Of a stretch of DNA of 64,000 bases, positions 1-10,435 are shown in pieces. This DNA is from Mycobacteriales bacterium (lineage in GTDB: Bacteria; Actinomycetota; Actinomycetes; Mycobacteriales; SCTD01): assembly GCA_046593925.1 (NCBI GenBank), contig JBKJQN010000039.1, positions 13,763-77,762 on the forward strand. Direction: 5' to 3'. The stretch's first letter is position 1. The number at the start of each line of letters is the position of its first letter. The notes beneath the pieces were generated by a model, which was not told the DNA's origin, ran no database searches, and saw only the letters and a program-made list of their open reading frames with translations. Made by a program: the position numbers and the translations under genes.

Positions 1-528
1 CACGCCGACGTCAAGCTGCTCGACGGCGGCCGCAAGAAGTGGGAGCTCGACGGGCGCGAGCTCGTCAAGGATATCCCGGCCCGCCCCGCCACGCAGTACA
101 CCGCGCAGGAGCAGGACACCTCGATCCGCGCGTTCCGCGACGAGGTCGTCGAGAGCATCGGCAAGAAGAACCTGGTGGACGTACGCAGCCCCGATGAGTT
201 CAGTGGCAAGATCAAGGCGCCGGCGCACCTGCCTCAGGAGCAGAGCCAGAAGGCCGGGCACATCCCGACGGCCATCAACATCCCGTGGAGCAAGGCCGCG
301 GCCGACGACGGCACGTTCCGCTCCGACGAGGAGCTGGCCAAGCTCTACGGGGGCGCCGGCCTCGACACCGGGAAGAGCACGATCGCGTACTGCCGGATCG
401 GTGAGCGGTCCTCGCACACCTGGTTCGTGCTGCGGGAGCTGCTCGGCAACACCGACGTCAAGAACTACGACGGCAGCTGGGCCGAGTACGGCTCCCTGGT
501 GCGGGTGCCCGTCCAGAAGGACGTCTGA
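1..528 (+). CDS. sseA: Thiosulfate sulfurtransferase (rhodanese, SseA/CysA), 5' truncated by window edge
   Basis: Frame 1 is open from base 1 (HADVKLLDGGRKKW...). It has the active-site AYCRIGERSS loop and the C-terminal rhodanese signature YDGSWAEYG. Confidence 0.93.
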   Translation, partial: HADVKLLDGGRKKWELDGRELVKDIPARPATQYTAQEQDTSIRAFRDEVVESIGKKNLVDVRSPDEFSGKIKAPAHLPQEQSQKAGHIPTAINIPWSKAAADDGTFRSDEELAKLYGGAGLDTGKSTIAYCRIGERSSHTWFVLRELLGNTDVKNYDGSWAEYGSLVRVPVQKDV

Positions 529-827
529 TGTGCGGCGCCCCTGACCAGGACACCCTGCCGGCGCTGGACGTCTCGTCGAAGGAAGCTGTGGTGCACGGCG
601 TCGTGAGCCGCTCCGGATCGCCGCTGCCCGGCGCGTACGTCCGGCTGCTGGACGGCACCGGCGAGTTCACGGCCGAGGTGCAGACCAGCGCGACCGGCTA
701 CTTCCGGTTCTATGCCGCAAAGGGTGACTGGACCCTGCGCACCCTCGCGCCCGGCCGAGTCGTCGACACCCCCGTCAATGCCGTGCAGGGCTCGGCCGTC
801 GAGGCGACCGTCGAGGTGCCCGCGTAA
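528..827 (+). CDS. sseC: DUF1416/SseC family protein
   Basis: MCGAP...AYVRLLDGTGEFTAEV..SATGYFRFYAAKGDWTLRTL; start overlaps the sseA stop, which is the usual sseA-sseC pairing. Confidence 0.88.
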   Translation: MCGAPDQDTLPALDVSSKEAVVHGVVSRSGSPLPGAYVRLLDGTGEFTAEVQTSATGYFRFYAAKGDWTLRTLAPGRVVDTPVNAVQGSAVEATVEVPA

Positions 828-828
828 G

Positions 829-1113
829 TCAGTCCCCGGGCCGGTCGGTGGCACGTCGCGCGGGGTTGGGCGACAGCGGGCGCCTGACCCCGAGGCGGCG
901 GTCCAGGCGCAGCGCCCTGATCCGGCCCAGCGGCAGGGCGGCCAGCGACGGGACCAGCGCGATCGGGTCGCCGGCGTGGATGCCGTGCCCGGCCAGCAGG
1001 CTGCCTGGCGAACCGAACCGGACCACGACGGGTCCGAGCTTCCAGTAGAACAGGATCATCGCGGCCAGGGCGAGCATCGCGAGCCGGAACCCGGTGATGA
1101 CGAGGTCGCGCAC
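829..1113 (-). CDS. Hypothetical membrane protein
   Basis: GTG at 1113; two hydrophobic stretches (LVITGFRLAMLALAAMILFYW, IALVPSLAALPL). Start uncertain. Confidence 0.45.
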   Translation of the reverse strand: MRDLVITGFRLAMLALAAMILFYWKLGPVVVRFGSPGSLLAGHGIHAGDPIALVPSLAALPLGRIRALRLDRRLGVRRPLSPNPARRATDRPGD

Positions 1114-1178
1114 GGACAGGGGCACACGTCTGCGTCGTCGCGCCGGCGGGGCGGCAATATCACCCGGTCGGGTGCGGA

Positions 1179-1470
1179 GTGAAGCCCGCGCCCGGGCCGT
1201 CCAGCCCCGAGCGCTTCTTTCAGGTGCTGCTCGACGCCTTCCCCGGAGCAACCACGAGCAGCGTCCGGCTCGCTGACATCGGGGTGGCGCGCGGGCAGCA
1301 GCACGACATGGGCGACGGTGACGGCTGGCCCGCCGTCAAGGCCGAGTCCTACGCCGCGGACGTCCTCGTGGTCGTGAGCCCGATCTGGAACGGCCGGCGC
1401 AGCCCGCACCTGCTCCAACGCCGCGCACCTCGCGACGCTGCTCGCGCAGCAGGGCTACCCGGGCGGCTCG
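1179..1470 (+). pseudogene. Truncated flavodoxin / NADPH-dependent FMN reductase family relic
   Basis: MKPAPGPSS...VLLDAF...SVRLADIGV...DMGDGDGWPAVKAESYAADVLVVVSPIWNG matches the N-terminal half of actinobacterial flavodoxin-family proteins. Similarity ends after SPIWNG and the frame runs antisense into dsrE. End coordinate approximate. Confidence 0.65.
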
Positions 1471-1472
1471 GG

Positions 1473-1835
1473 TCAGTAGACGAGCGCCTGGACGTCATCC
1501 TCGAGAGCTTCGGCGACGAAGGCTGCAGCGCCGGCGATCCGTACGCCGGGCAGCAGGTCCTCCTGGGTCAGCGAACGGCGTGCGGCGCACTGCGTGCACA
1601 CGGTCAGCATCCCGTGGGTGAGCACGTCGTCGCGCAGCCCGGCCATCGGCGCACTGTGCGGCAGCTCGAAGGTCTCCGCGTGGCCGGGGACGGCCAGCCT
1701 GACGGCCTCGCCGGTGAGCCACAGCGACACCCGTACGCCCGACAGCGCCGCGACCGAGCTGATGGTCAGAGCCTGTGCGCACCGCTCGGGCGCGTCCTGC
1801 CCCGCGGTGGCCTTCACGAGCAACGATGACCGCAC
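1473..1835 (-). CDS. DsrE/DsrF family sulfur-relay protein
   Basis: LLVKATAGQDAPERCAQA, SLWLTGEAV, VCTQCAARR, GVRIAGAAAFV; TAGTCT -10 box 6 nt before the GTG. Confidence 0.88.
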   Translation of the reverse strand: MRSSLLVKATAGQDAPERCAQALTISSVAALSGVRVSLWLTGEAVRLAVPGHAETFELPHSAPMAGLRDDVLTHGMLTVCTQCAARRSLTQEDLLPGVRIAGAAAFVAEALEDDVQALVY

Positions 1836-1874
1836 GCCACTAGACTAGAACTCCCCGAGGAGAGGCCCGTCGCC

Positions 1875-1976
1875 GTGCTCGAGTTCGTCTACACCGGCCT
1901 CCTCGTGCTGATGTTCCTGATCATTACCTGGTTCTCCGTCTATGTCGTCTACAAGCTCTACCAAGGGCAGCGCTGA
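1875..1976 (+). CDS. 33-aa single-pass membrane protein (MLEFVYTGLLVLMFLIITWFSVYVVYKLYQGQR), not in ORF track
   Basis: Strong RBS GAGGAGAGG at 1857-1865, GTG start, GC3-biased codons, one clean TM helix. Confidence 0.8.
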   Translation: MLEFVYTGLLVLMFLIITWFSVYVVYKLYQGQR

Positions 1977-2004
1977 GCCCGTGAACGGGCGTTAGCATCC
2001 GGGC

Positions 2005-3138
2005 GTGGACTTCTCGATCACCCCGGAGCAGCAGGCGCTGTACGCATCGATGCGCCGGCTGGCCCGCGAGGTGGTCAGCCCGGGCGCAGCGGAGCGGGAC
2101 CGCGACGGCCGCTGGGACCCCGAGGTCTGGAAGCAGCTGGCGGCGGCCGGGGTCGCCGGCATGCCGATCCCGGCAGAGCACGGTGGCTCCGGCGGCTCGA
2201 TCATCGACTGCTGCCTGGTCAACGAGGCGATCGGCGAGGGTGGCCGGGACGGCGGGCTCGGGCTCTCGCTTGGCGCGCACTGGGTGATCGGCTCGGTGCC
2301 GATCTGGCTGCACGGCACTGCGGAACAACAGCAGCGCTGGCTGCCCGGGCTGTGCGACGGCTCGCTGATCGGCGCATGGGCCAGCACCGAGCCCGAGGCC
2401 GGTTCCGACGCGGCCGGGATCCAGGCGACCGCGCGGCGCGACGGCGACTCGTACGTCCTGTCCGGCACGAAGATCTTCATCACCAACGGCCCGATCGCCG
2501 ACGTCTGCACGGTCCTGGCCCGCGCCGAGCAGGGCCCGACGGCCTTCGTCGTCGACACCCGCACGCCCGGCTTCGGGGTCGGCCGGGAGATCGACAAGAT
2601 GGGCTGCCGGTCCTCACCGACCGCCGAGATCGTGCTGTCGGACTGCCGGGTGCCTGCGGACGCGGTGCTCGGCACGCCGGGCGAGGCGCTCTGGAAGATC
2701 GCCTTCGAGTGCTTCGACTGGGAGCGCACCGTCATGCTGGCGGGCATGGTCGGCGGGATGCGCGCGACGATCGACGACACGGTGCGGTATGCCAAGCAGC
2801 GCTCGCAGTTCGGCAAGCCGATCGCGCACTTCCAGGCGGTCGCGCACAAGCTGGCCGACATGGAGATCAACTACCAGGTCTGCCGCAACGCGGTCTACCG
2901 GGCGGCCTGGCTCAAGGAGCACGGCCAGGAGCACATGGTCGAGGCATCGGTCGCCAAGGCGCTGCTCGGCCGGCTGTCGGTCGAGAACGCCCTCGAGGCC
3001 ATCCAGGTGCACGGCGGCTACGGCTACACCCGGGACTTCCCGGTCGAGCGCGCCCTGCGCGACGCCAAGCTCGCCTCCATCGGCGGCGGTACCACCGAGA
3101 TCCAGAAGATGATCATCAGCCGGGTGATGCTGGCGTGA
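2005..3138 (+). CDS. Acyl-CoA dehydrogenase family protein
   Basis: AWASTEPEAGSDA, GTKIFITNG, KMGCRSSPTAE, RSQFGKPI, QVHGGYGY, SIGGGTTEIQK. Confidence 0.95.
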   Translation: MDFSITPEQQALYASMRRLAREVVSPGAAERDRDGRWDPEVWKQLAAAGVAGMPIPAEHGGSGGSIIDCCLVNEAIGEGGRDGGLGLSLGAHWVIGSVPIWLHGTAEQQQRWLPGLCDGSLIGAWASTEPEAGSDAAGIQATARRDGDSYVLSGTKIFITNGPIADVCTVLARAEQGPTAFVVDTRTPGFGVGREIDKMGCRSSPTAEIVLSDCRVPADAVLGTPGEALWKIAFECFDWERTVMLAGMVGGMRATIDDTVRYAKQRSQFGKPIAHFQAVAHKLADMEINYQVCRNAVYRAAWLKEHGQEHMVEASVAKALLGRLSVENALEAIQVHGGYGYTRDFPVERALRDAKLASIGGGTTEIQKMIISRVMLA

Positions 3139-3626
3139 CTGCAGAGCTGCACCCGGCGCTCGAGCCGCTCGGCTGGCTGGTCGGTGTCTGGGAGGGCACC
3201 GGCGCGCTGGTGTACCCGACCGTGCCGGAGCGGACGTACGTCCAGCGCGTGGCGATCAGCCACGACGGCCGGCCCTTCCTGCACCACAGCTCACGCTCCT
3301 GGCTGCTGGAGGACGACGGGAGCCGCGGCCGGCCCGGGCTGTCCGAGGAGGGCTGGTGGCGCCCGGGCGCCGAGAAATTCGCCGTGGAGCTGCTGCTGGC
3401 GCACCCGACCGGCGTGCTGGAGCTGCTGGTCGGCAGGGTCGCCTTCAGGAAGATCGAGCTCGTCAGCGACGCGGTGGTGCGCACCGCGACGGCCAAGGAG
3501 GTGACGGCTACCTCGCGGCTGTACGGCGGGGTCGAGGACGACCTGGCGTACGTCGTGGAGATGGCCGCCGTCGGCCAGTCCCTGCAGCCGCACCTGTCGG
3601 CCCGGCTGCAGCGCGTCGGGCCCTGA
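3135..3626 (+). CDS. FABP/nitrobindin (DUF1794) beta-barrel protein
   Basis: LHPALEPLGWLVGVWEGTG, HDGRPFLHH, ELLLAHPTG, C-terminal PHLSARL (His at the heme-ligand position); GTGA overlap with the upstream stop. Confidence 0.9.
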   Translation: MTAELHPALEPLGWLVGVWEGTGALVYPTVPERTYVQRVAISHDGRPFLHHSSRSWLLEDDGSRGRPGLSEEGWWRPGAEKFAVELLLAHPTGVLELLVGRVAFRKIELVSDAVVRTATAKEVTATSRLYGGVEDDLAYVVEMAAVGQSLQPHLSARLQRVGP

Positions 3627-5166
<1,540 letters not shown>

Positions 5167-5170
<4 letters not shown>

Positions 5171-5997
5171 CCGTGCTGGTGACCGGCGGCTCCGGTCAGC
5201 TGGGTCGCGCGCTGCGCGCGGAGCTGCCCGGCGCCGTGTTCGGCGAGCTGCCGGAGCTCGACATCACCGACCGGGCGGCGCTGGCCGCGCGGGACTGGAG
5301 GGGGACCACGGCGATCGTCAACGCGGCCGCCTGGACCGCGGTGGACGCCGCGGAGCAGGCCGGCACCCTGCTGACGGCCTGGGACGTCAATGTCACTGGC
5401 GTCGCCGAGCTGGCGTCGCACGCTCGCCGACTCGGCGTGCCGTTTGTCCAGCTCAGCACCGACTACGTCTTGGCCGGCGATCACGACGGCGACGCCCCGG
5501 TCGATGCGCCAATTGATCCGCAGGGGATGTACGGCGTCGGAAAGGCCGCCGGCGAGCTGGCCGCCCGGATCGCGCCGCGGCACTACGTGGTGCGTACCAG
5601 CTGGGTGTTCGGTGACGGGCCCAACTTCGTGCGGACGGTGCGCCGGCTGGCCGGGCAGCGGCAGGAGCTGACCGTCGTGGACGACCAGGTCGGCCGTCCG
5701 ACGTACGCCGTCGACCTGGCCAGGGCGATCGTCCGGCTGCTCGCCAGCGACCTGCCCCCCGGGACCTACCACGCGACCGGGTCGGGCGAGCCGGTGTCGT
5801 GGGCAGCCTTCGCTGCCGTCGCCCTGCAGGGCACCGGCTGCACGGTCGTGCCGGTGACCACCGGGCAGTACGCCCGCGGCGCGCCCGGCACGGCTCCCCG
5901 GCCGGCCAACTCGGCGTTGGCGGCCGGCCCGCTCGTGCTGCGCGACTGGCGTGAGGCACTGGCGGAGTACCTGGCGGCGGAGGGGGCTCGCGGGTGA
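5167..5997 (+). CDS. rfbD: dTDP-4-dehydrorhamnose reductase
   Basis: [58 protein letters not shown]. Confidence 0.93.
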
Positions 5998-6860
5998 AGG
6001 GCATTGTGCTGGCCGGCGGCTCTGGCACCCGGCTCTACCCGATGACGCAGGCGGTGTCCAAGCAGCTGCTGCCCGTCTACGCCAAGCCGATGGTGCACTC
6101 CCCGCTGTCCACCCTGCTGCTGGCCGGCATCCAGGATGTCCTGCTCATCACCACGGCGCAGGACCAGGAGCAGTACGCCCGGCTGCTCGGTGACGGGTCG
6201 CGCTACGGCTGTGCCTTCTCCTACGCCGTGCAGCCCGAGCCGAACGGTCTCGCGGAGGCGTTCCTGATCGGTGCCGACTTCGTGGGCAACGACTCGGTGT
6301 CGCTCGTACTCGGCGACAACATCTTCTACGGGCCCGGCTTCGGCAAGCAGCTGCGCCGGTACCGCGACATCGCCGGCGGCGCGATCTTCGCCTATCACGT
6401 CGCCGATCCCGAGCGGTACGGCGTGGTGGAGTTCGACGAGCAGCGACGGGCCGTGTCACTGGAGGAGAAGCCGGCTCGGCCGCGCAGCAGCTATGCCGTC
6501 GTCGGGCTGTACTTCTACGACAACGACGTCCTGGAGATCGCCCGCGGTGTCCGGCCGAGCTCGCGGGGCGAGCTGGAGATCACGACGGTCAACAACGCCT
6601 ACCTCGCGCAGGGCCGGCTGCAGGTGGCGGTGATGGACCGCGGCACCGCCTGGCTCGACACCGGTACGGCGGCCTCGCTCATGCAGGCCGGGTTGTTCGT
6701 CCAGGTCATCGAAGAGCGGCAGGGCCTGAAGATCGGCTGCCTGGAGGAGGTGGCCTGGCGTGAGGGGTTCATCGACGACGCCGGCCTCGTCGCGCTCGCC
6801 GAGCCGCTGCGCAGCAGCGGCTTCGGAAACTACCTGTTGGGGCTGCTCGACCGGCGCTGA
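5994..6860 (+). CDS. rfbA: Glucose-1-phosphate thymidylyltransferase
   Basis: [63 protein letters not shown]. Confidence 0.96.
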   Translation: MKGIVLAGGSGTRLYPMTQAVSKQLLPVYAKPMVHSPLSTLLLAGIQDVLLITTAQDQEQYARLLGDGSRYGCAFSYAVQPEPNGLAEAFLIGADFVGNDSVSLVLGDNIFYGPGFGKQLRRYRDIAGGAIFAYHVADPERYGVVEFDEQRRAVSLEEKPARPRSSYAVVGLYFYDNDVLEIARGVRPSSRGELEITTVNNAYLAQGRLQVAVMDRGTAWLDTGTAASLMQAGLFVQVIEERQGLKIGCLEEVAWREGFIDDAGLVALAEPLRSSGFGNYLLGLLDRR

Positions 6861-7042
6861 CACTGGTCGGCTGGTCGGGGAAGGCTGCCCATCCCGACAT
6901 CGTGTGCTTGCTGAAGTCACGGAGCACACAGTGTCGGCCCCCTCGGGCCGCCCTGAGCGTGCGGCCGGCCGGGCGCGACCGGAGTTCGTGTGTCGCGCCC
7001 GCGGTGACAGCACACAACCTCCCCCGTGGCCCCGATCCCCGT

Positions 7043-7078
7043 GGCGGACCCGGCGGACCCGGCGGGCCCGACGGATCC
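7043..7078 (+). repeat. Degenerate 9-nt tandem repeat x4 (ggcggaccc)
   Basis: ggcggaccc-ggcggaccc-ggcgggccc-gacggatcc upstream of ugd. Confidence 0.6.
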
Positions 7079-7144
7079 AGCGGATGAGCCTGCGGGGGCG
7101 AGCGAACAGCCGGGTAGCGCCAACCGCCCGTCTACTCTGCGCGG

Positions 7145-8485
7145 ATGCCCGCCCCCGCCCGTCCTCGGATGACCGTCATCGGCACGGGCTACCTGGGCGC
7201 CACCCACGCGGTGTGCATGGCCGAGCTGGGCCACCAGGTGCTCGGCCTGGACATCGATCCGGACAAGGTTGCTGCGCTCAATGACGGCGTCGTGCCGTTC
7301 TTCGAACCCGGTCTGCCCGAGCTGCTCGCCACACAGCTGGATGCGGGGCGGCTGCGTTTCACCACCTCCTACCAGCAGGTGGGGGAGTTCGGCGACGTGC
7401 ACTTCGTGTGCGTGGGCACGCCTCAGAAGCAGGGCGAGTTCGCGGCTGACCTGACCCACGTCGATGCGGCCTTCCGCGCGCTGCTGCCACAGGTGCGCGA
7501 GGGTGCGCTGCTGGTCGGCAAGTCGACGGTGCCGGCTGGAACGGCTGACCGCCTCGCCGGACTGCTCGCCGCAGCGGCTGCCGACGGCATCCTTGCGCCC
7601 GGTGTCGAGCTGGCCTGGAACCCGGAGTTCCTGCGCGAGGGCTTCGCTGTCGAGGACACCCTGCGGCCCGACCGCCTGGTGTTCGGCGTACGCACGCCGT
7701 CGGCCGAGGCACGGCTGCGGGAGGTGTACGCGGCAGTGATCGAGCGGCCCACGCCGGTCGTCACGACCGACTTCGCGACGGCCGAGCTGGTGAAGGTCGC
7801 GGCAAATGCCTTCCTGGCCACCAAGATCTCGTTCATCAACGCGATGGCGGAGGTCTGCGAAGTGACCGGCGGCGACGTGACGATGTTGAGCAAGGCGCTG
7901 TCGTACGACACCCGCATCGGTGGCCGGTTTCTGCATGCCGGGCTGGGCTTCGGGGGCGGCTGCCTGCCCAAGGACATCCGTGCGTTCATGGCGCGCGCCG
8001 GGGAGCTGGGCGTGGACCAGGCGCTGTCCTTCCTGAAAGAGGTCGACGCCATCAACCTGCGTCGCCGCGCACGGATGGTTGAGATCGCCCGCGAGCTGGT
8101 CGGCGGGAGCTTCGGTGGGATGCGCGTCGCGGTGCTCGGTGCGGCGTTCAAGCCCAACAGCGACGACATCCGCGACAGCCCCGCCCTGGACGTCGCCGAC
8201 AGCATCCAGCGCCAGGGCGCCGCGGTGACGCTGTACGACCCGCAGGCAATGGCGAACGCCCGGGTCAAGCATCCGGAGCTCGGCTACCGGGACAGCGCCC
8301 TGGCAGCGGCCCGCGGCGCCGACCTCGTCCTGCACCTCACCGAGTGGGCGGAGTTCCGCGAGATGGATCCGGAGGTGCTCGGGAATGTGGTCGCTGAACG
8401 CCTGATCGTGGACGGCCGCAACGCCCTCGACCCGGACCGTTGGCGCTCAGCCGGCTGGACCTACCGTGCTCTCGGCCGGCCGTAG
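7145..8485 (+). CDS. ugd: UDP-glucose/GDP-mannose 6-dehydrogenase
   Basis: VIGTGYLG, FVCVGTP, KSTVPAGT, NPEFLREG, GFGGGCLPKD, AFKPNSDDIRDSP, DGRN. Alternative start ATG 7169. Confidence 0.95.
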   Translation: MPAPARPRMTVIGTGYLGATHAVCMAELGHQVLGLDIDPDKVAALNDGVVPFFEPGLPELLATQLDAGRLRFTTSYQQVGEFGDVHFVCVGTPQKQGEFAADLTHVDAAFRALLPQVREGALLVGKSTVPAGTADRLAGLLAAAAADGILAPGVELAWNPEFLREGFAVEDTLRPDRLVFGVRTPSAEARLREVYAAVIERPTPVVTTDFATAELVKVAANAFLATKISFINAMAEVCEVTGGDVTMLSKALSYDTRIGGRFLHAGLGFGGGCLPKDIRAFMARAGELGVDQALSFLKEVDAINLRRRARMVEIARELVGGSFGGMRVAVLGAAFKPNSDDIRDSPALDVADSIQRQGAAVTLYDPQAMANARVKHPELGYRDSALAAARGADLVLHLTEWAEFREMDPEVLGNVVAERLIVDGRNALDPDRWRSAGWTYRALGRP

Positions 8486-8509
8486 CCAGTCAGGACCCGG
8501 CAGGTAAGA

Positions 8510-8583
8510 ACCCCCGGGCGCTTCCTCGCACCGCCCCGAGAGGCGGGTCGAGGGCCGGCTGCACTGGGCCGGCGCCCGGGGGT
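8510..8583. repeat. Perfect 12-bp inverted repeat enclosing internal hairpins
   Basis: acccccgggcgc (8510-8521) / gcgcccgggggt (8572-8583), with inner ccgcc..ggcgg. Confidence 0.6.
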
Positions 8584-8778
8584 CTGGTGCCTGCGTTGGA
8601 TTCGCCGTCGCCGTCACAGGACGAGCGGTCGAGACCAGCGATCGGTCCTTGCAACGGCGTCCTAGCGGACAGCCACCTCACGCGTCCGATAAGCACTCAA
8701 AGTGTCGGACCACCTCCTCTCTCGTGTACCAGCAGCGTAGGTCCCACACGTCAGGCTGTCACCCAGAAAGCTGCCGCT

Positions 8779-9261
8779 TCAGTAGTCGCTGAGCCGGGTG
8801 GGCAGCGGCGCGGCGAGGAGGCAGGCGCCGGTCAGCAGGACCGCCGCCGCCAGGCCCAGCGTCAGAGCGGTCCGGGGGCGGCCGACCGCGGCGCCGAGCC
8901 ACGACCAGCCGCCGAGCAGCAGCACGGCGAGCGCGACCAGTACCGGCGAGGGTCCGCGGTGGATCGAGATGTGGCCGACCCAGAGGTCCATCGTCCGGGT
9001 ATGCGGCATCCGCAGGTACTTGAACAAGAGATCGGGGGTGATCGACACCAACTGCCCCAGCACGGCAGCTGCGAGGGGTGGGACGACCAACCCGCGGCGC
9101 AGCGCCATGGCGACCCCGGCCACGGCCAGGCCGAGCCCCCAGCCGATCAACTGGTGCAGCAGGTAGTGCCACCAGGTGCCACGGCCGAGGTAGGCGACCG
9201 CGACGGCGTACTCCAGGGCGCCCAGCCCCGCGTACGCAGCAAGAACGGCGGCGCGCTTCAT
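8779..9261 (-). CDS. Hypothetical multi-pass membrane protein with clustered His residues
   Basis: About 5 hydrophobic segments; WWHYLLHQ, ITPDLLF, PHTRTMDLWVGHISIH; start overlaps the upstream gene's stop. Confidence 0.75.
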   Translation of the reverse strand: MKRAAVLAAYAGLGALEYAVAVAYLGRGTWWHYLLHQLIGWGLGLAVAGVAMALRRGLVVPPLAAAVLGQLVSITPDLLFKYLRMPHTRTMDLWVGHISIHRGPSPVLVALAVLLLGGWSWLGAAVGRPRTALTLGLAAAVLLTGACLLAAPLPTRLSDY

Positions 9262-9716
9262 CCGTGCCCCGTCAGGTGCTCCAGCAGGACCTCCTGCTCC
9301 TCGGCGTGGTCATACCAGCCGGGGTCGTAGGAGCGGTAGCGGACGAAGCCGGCCGGGTCGACCAGCACGTAGCCGTCGCCGGCGCAGCGGCTCGCCCGTG
9401 GCAGCGCGACGCGCCGGGCGAGATCGACGTCGGTTGAGACCGCGAAGCCGTAGGCCGCGTCGAGGGTGCGCGCCCGGGGCGGCGACGTTGGACAGCTCAG
9501 CACGACCATCGTCGCGCGTCCGCCGAGCGCGCCCAGGCCGGCCACCCGCTCGTGCAGCGACAGGACGTCGAGCTGAAGCAGACCGGCGTCGGGGGCCGAC
9601 GCGTGCCCGGTCGCGAACCAGCCGAACACGACGGCCACACCCACCGCCTGGAGCGCAACGACCGTGCCTAGCCCCCGGCGTGGCAAACCGACCCGCTCGC
9701 GCCCGGGCGGCACCAT
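9258..9716 (-). CDS. Membrane-anchored hypothetical protein with degenerate thioredoxin/peroxiredoxin-like C-terminus
   Basis: N-terminal TM (TVVALQAVGVAVVFGWF); GYVLVDPAGFVRYRSYDPG resembles the AhpC/TSA last beta-hairpin. Confidence 0.65.
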   Translation of the reverse strand: MVPPGRERVGLPRRGLGTVVALQAVGVAVVFGWFATGHASAPDAGLLQLDVLSLHERVAGLGALGGRATMVVLSCPTSPPRARTLDAAYGFAVSTDVDLARRVALPRASRCAGDGYVLVDPAGFVRYRSYDPGWYDHAEEQEVLLEHLTGHG

Positions 9717-9775
9717 GGCAAGCAGCGTACGGCGGAGGGATCCACCCTCGTCGTCGCACAGTAAAGGGAGACAAC

Positions 9776-9922
9776 GTGGACGACGGACCCGCGCGATCGA
9801 TGGCTCTGCTGGCGGGCGGCATCCCGTTGTCGTTGCTGCTCGACCTCGCGCTGGGACCGGACAGCGAGGGCAAGCTGCACGCGGAGCGGCCCGCCGCCTA
9901 CGGGTCAGCGCACTCCGACTAG
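9776..9922 (+). CDS. 48-aa small hypothetical protein (LLAGGIPLSLLLDL motif)
   Basis: RBS AAAGGGAG at 9763-9770, GTG at 9776, divergent from the 9716 gene. Confidence 0.55.
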   Translation: MDDGPARSMALLAGGIPLSLLLDLALGPDSEGKLHAERPAAYGSAHSD

Positions 9923-10363
9923 GGCGAGTGGTGGGACAGCGTCAGGGTGCAGCGCCGGGAGGGCCTCAGGGGCGTACCAGGCGATCCGCGAGATCTCGGC
10001 ACTGCGCGGCGACAGCGCGTGCGCCACGGTGTCGTCGACGTCGAGCCGGGTCACGAACGTCACCCAGCGGTCGTGCGTACGCAGTGACGCCAGCTGCGGC
10101 TGCTCCACCTGGACGTGCAGCCCGATCTCTTCGCGCAGCTCCCGGGCCAGCCCCGACCCGGGGTTCTCACCGCGCTTGAGGTCGCCGCCCGGCAGTGCCC
10201 AGCCCGGGATGTACGGCTGGTCGACGAGCAGCAGGCGGCCGTCCGGGCGGAACACGACTGCCAGCACCCCGACGCGATAGCCCGGCGTCGAGAGGCGGAC
10301 GACGAGGCGCCGGGGCCGGACCGGAGCCCGGGTGAACGCCGCCACGACCAGCCGTTCCCACAT
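9905..10363 (-). CDS. NUDIX hydrolase
   Basis: Nudix box WALPGGDLKRGENPGSGLARELREEIG; ATG at 10363. Confidence 0.9.
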   Translation of the reverse strand: MWERLVVAAFTRAPVRPRRLVVRLSTPGYRVGVLAVVFRPDGRLLLVDQPYIPGWALPGGDLKRGENPGSGLARELREEIGLHVQVEQPQLASLRTHDRWVTFVTRLDVDDTVAHALSPRSAEISRIAWYAPEALPALHPDAVPPLALVGVR

Positions 10364-10435
10364 GCCGTCATTGTCGCAGCCGGGGAATCGCCCGGGCACG
10401 CTGTCACTTGTGCCCAGCATGCGGAGGTGCCCGGG

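Noticed and set aside
8500-8600. HDV-like ribozyme or known riboswitch (cttcctcgc resembles the HDV L3 loop)
   Set aside because: The P1/P2 pairings needed for the double pseudoknot could not be built. No TPP, cobalamin, SAM-IV, ydaO, glycine or SRP signature was seen.
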